Positions 62,437 to 64,000 of a stretch of 64,000 nt of DNA are shown here, one piece after another. Position 1 is the first letter of the stretch. Each line of letters opens with the position of its first letter. The DNA is taken from NCBI GenBank assembly GCA_963777605.1, contig CAVZRV010000028.1, forward strand, positions 177,412 through 241,411, given 5' to 3'. The DNA is from an uncultured Acidobacteriota bacterium (lineage in GTDB: Bacteria; Acidobacteriota; UBA6911; RPQK01; JAPXNP01). The translations under genes and the position numbers were made by a program. The notes beneath the pieces were generated by a model. The model did not search any database, was not told where the DNA came from, and saw only the letters and a list, made by a program, of their open reading frames with translations.

Positions 62437-63288
62437 ATGACAGAGCACTCTATCGGAGAGTTTGGGGATTTTAAAATTCCGCAAGGGCTGGGCAAGAAAA
62501 TCGCAGTTGTTGTAGTCGTGATCGCCTGCATCATTGTGTTGGCGGGAAGCACCGGGATAGTCGATGCAGGACAACGAGGCGTCTTGCTGCGTTTTGGGGC
62601 CGTGACCGGGGCGATAAAGGGAGAGGGCCTCTATTTCAAGATCCCCTTCGTTGACGAGGTAGTTCTAATGTCAACCCAGATTCAGAAATACACCGCCCCT
62701 GTCGGCTCATCCAGCAAGGACCTGCAGGTGGTTACCACAGAAGTCACCTTAAACTATCAGTTGAATGCCAGCAAGGTGGGGGAAACTTATCGCGATATGC
62801 GGCAGGATTATGAAAGCCGGGTCATTCAACCCTACATCCAGGAAGCGGTCAAATCTACCACGGCCAATTTCGACGCCGAGCAGTTGATCACACGAAGGCC
62901 GCAGGTGAAAGACGAACTTCAAAATTTGATGACGGAAAGGTTGGCTCCTCTTGGTATCGAAGTTGTACAACTCTCCATCACGGACTTTCAGTTCTCGTCA
63001 ACCTTCCAGGACTCCATCGAGGCAAAGGTGAAAGCGGTCCAACAGGCTCTGGAGGCAGAAAACGCCTTGAGACGGGTGGAGTTTGAAGCGCAACAGGCAA
63101 TCACCAGGGCCCAGGCTGAAGCCAAAGGGCTGGAGCTCCAAAAAGCACAGATAACGGAGGACCTGCTGGAGTTGCGGCGAATCGAGGTCCAGGGACGAGC
63201 TGTGGAGAAATGGAACGGGGTGATGCCAACGGTGGTCACCAGCGGGGGACCAGTGCCTATGTTGGACGTATTTGGCGGACGACAGTAG
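62437..63288 (+). CDS. SPFH/band 7 (prohibitin) family protein
   Basis: AGQRGV..RFG, GLYFKIPF, SKDLQ, F..SIEAK..A.Q and KWNG.MP; AGGAGG RBS. Confidence 0.92.
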   Translation: MTEHSIGEFGDFKIPQGLGKKIAVVVVVIACIIVLAGSTGIVDAGQRGVLLRFGAVTGAIKGEGLYFKIPFVDEVVLMSTQIQKYTAPVGSSSKDLQVVTTEVTLNYQLNASKVGETYRDMRQDYESRVIQPYIQEAVKSTTANFDAEQLITRRPQVKDELQNLMTERLAPLGIEVVQLSITDFQFSSTFQDSIEAKVKAVQQALEAENALRRVEFEAQQAITRAQAEAKGLELQKAQITEDLLELRRIEVQGRAVEKWNGVMPTVVTSGGPVPMLDVFGGRQ

Positions 63289-63442
63289 AGCAATGGTTGC
63301 TCTACCGGCAGGGTCGCCGCAACAGGGAGGGGGGCTCTGTCAAGTTGTCGAGTCGCCAGACAGCATAGCTGATGATCTGAGGTGAAAACCGGTGGCGGGA
63401 GTAACTGGGTTCGGTTGGCATTCTCCGATTGTCTGCGATGGC

Positions 63443-63865
63443 CTGACGGGGTCGTGGCATGCAAGAGTACCGGCACACCTCTTGAATGCGCCGCGCGGAC
63501 TACCTCCTCAATTAGAGTTTGCGACGGCAGCCGGAACGGGGGCGGTCCTCCGGGAAACCAAAGCGCTTCTTCATAGTAGAGCTTGATACAACTAGCGCCA
63601 TCCTCAATTAGCGCTGCAACGGATTTTTCAGGGGTGTGATTAGCTGATTCGTCACCGTCCGGTGTAGGGAGATTGGAGTCTGGGTCGTGAAGATAGTGTG
63701 GATAGCGTTCCGCGAAGCCTCCATCCTCGAATTCGAGTGCCATAAACCCGTCGTCGAGCACGAGCCCGTGGCCGCAATGAAAGAGGCGCGGATGGTGTGA
63801 AGCAGCTTCGAATGTTTGATTGGCGTCCGCACTCGCATTCAACTCAATGACTATTTCTACGGTTC
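63443..63865 (-). pseudogene. Internal fragment of an amidohydrolase-family gene
   Basis: GASCIKLYYE and V.AAH.RG.PV..HA motifs; lacks the N-terminal HxH and the C-terminal Asp motif. Confidence 0.55.
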
Positions 63866-64000
63866 CATCTGTGGTTCTTCCCGCCAACTCGGGAACAAGT
63901 TTCTCCAGAAACCATGCCCTGCTCTCCCCCGGCCAGCATAATTTCTTTTTCCCATGTCGCCGCAGGGGCCCGGAAAAATGTGATCGCAGCGGTAATCTCA

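Noticed and set aside
62988-63887. 299-aa ORF as an intact gene
   Set aside because: Only the first half resembles an amidohydrolase; the rest is intergenic or antisense to the SPFH gene.

Overview
GC-rich bacterial window from a diderm organism (OmpA, TolC and RND genes). The VWA, OmpA and sortase gene types resemble those of Acidobacteriota; this assignment is inference. 0-7.6 kb: sugar porter, GH39 beta-xylosidase, glucoamylase/GH144-like hydrolase, acetate kinase and phosphoketolase. About 7.7-43.9 kb: a general-stress, envelope and energy region with an M48 peptidase, a Ysc84 protein, a class A PBP, OmpA, an LPQTA-tailed protein with VWA protein and sortase, a Crp/Fnr regulator, dodecin, a complete N-ATPase operon with an HPF/RaiA gene inserted, CsbD, PRC-barrel, Hsp20, RNase II and a type IIIA P-type H+-ATPase. 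44-64 kb: hybrid histidine kinase, APC permease, MarR-RND-TolC, DUF5916 protein, SPFH protein and several gene remnants. Two non-coding signals stand out. (1) Eleven copies of a tandem 16-bp palindromic operator with 22-bp phasing, sitting in class II Crp/Fnr promoter geometry across the stress region. (2) Three loci of a modular non-coding element whose units share fixed termini, occur in different orders, and in one case are flanked by an 18-bp direct repeat; no recombinase or transposase gene is in the window. About eight single-base frameshifts in otherwise intact genes are most likely sequencing errors. No rRNA, tRNA or CRISPR array was recognised. All calls come from reading the sequence; no database searches were run.
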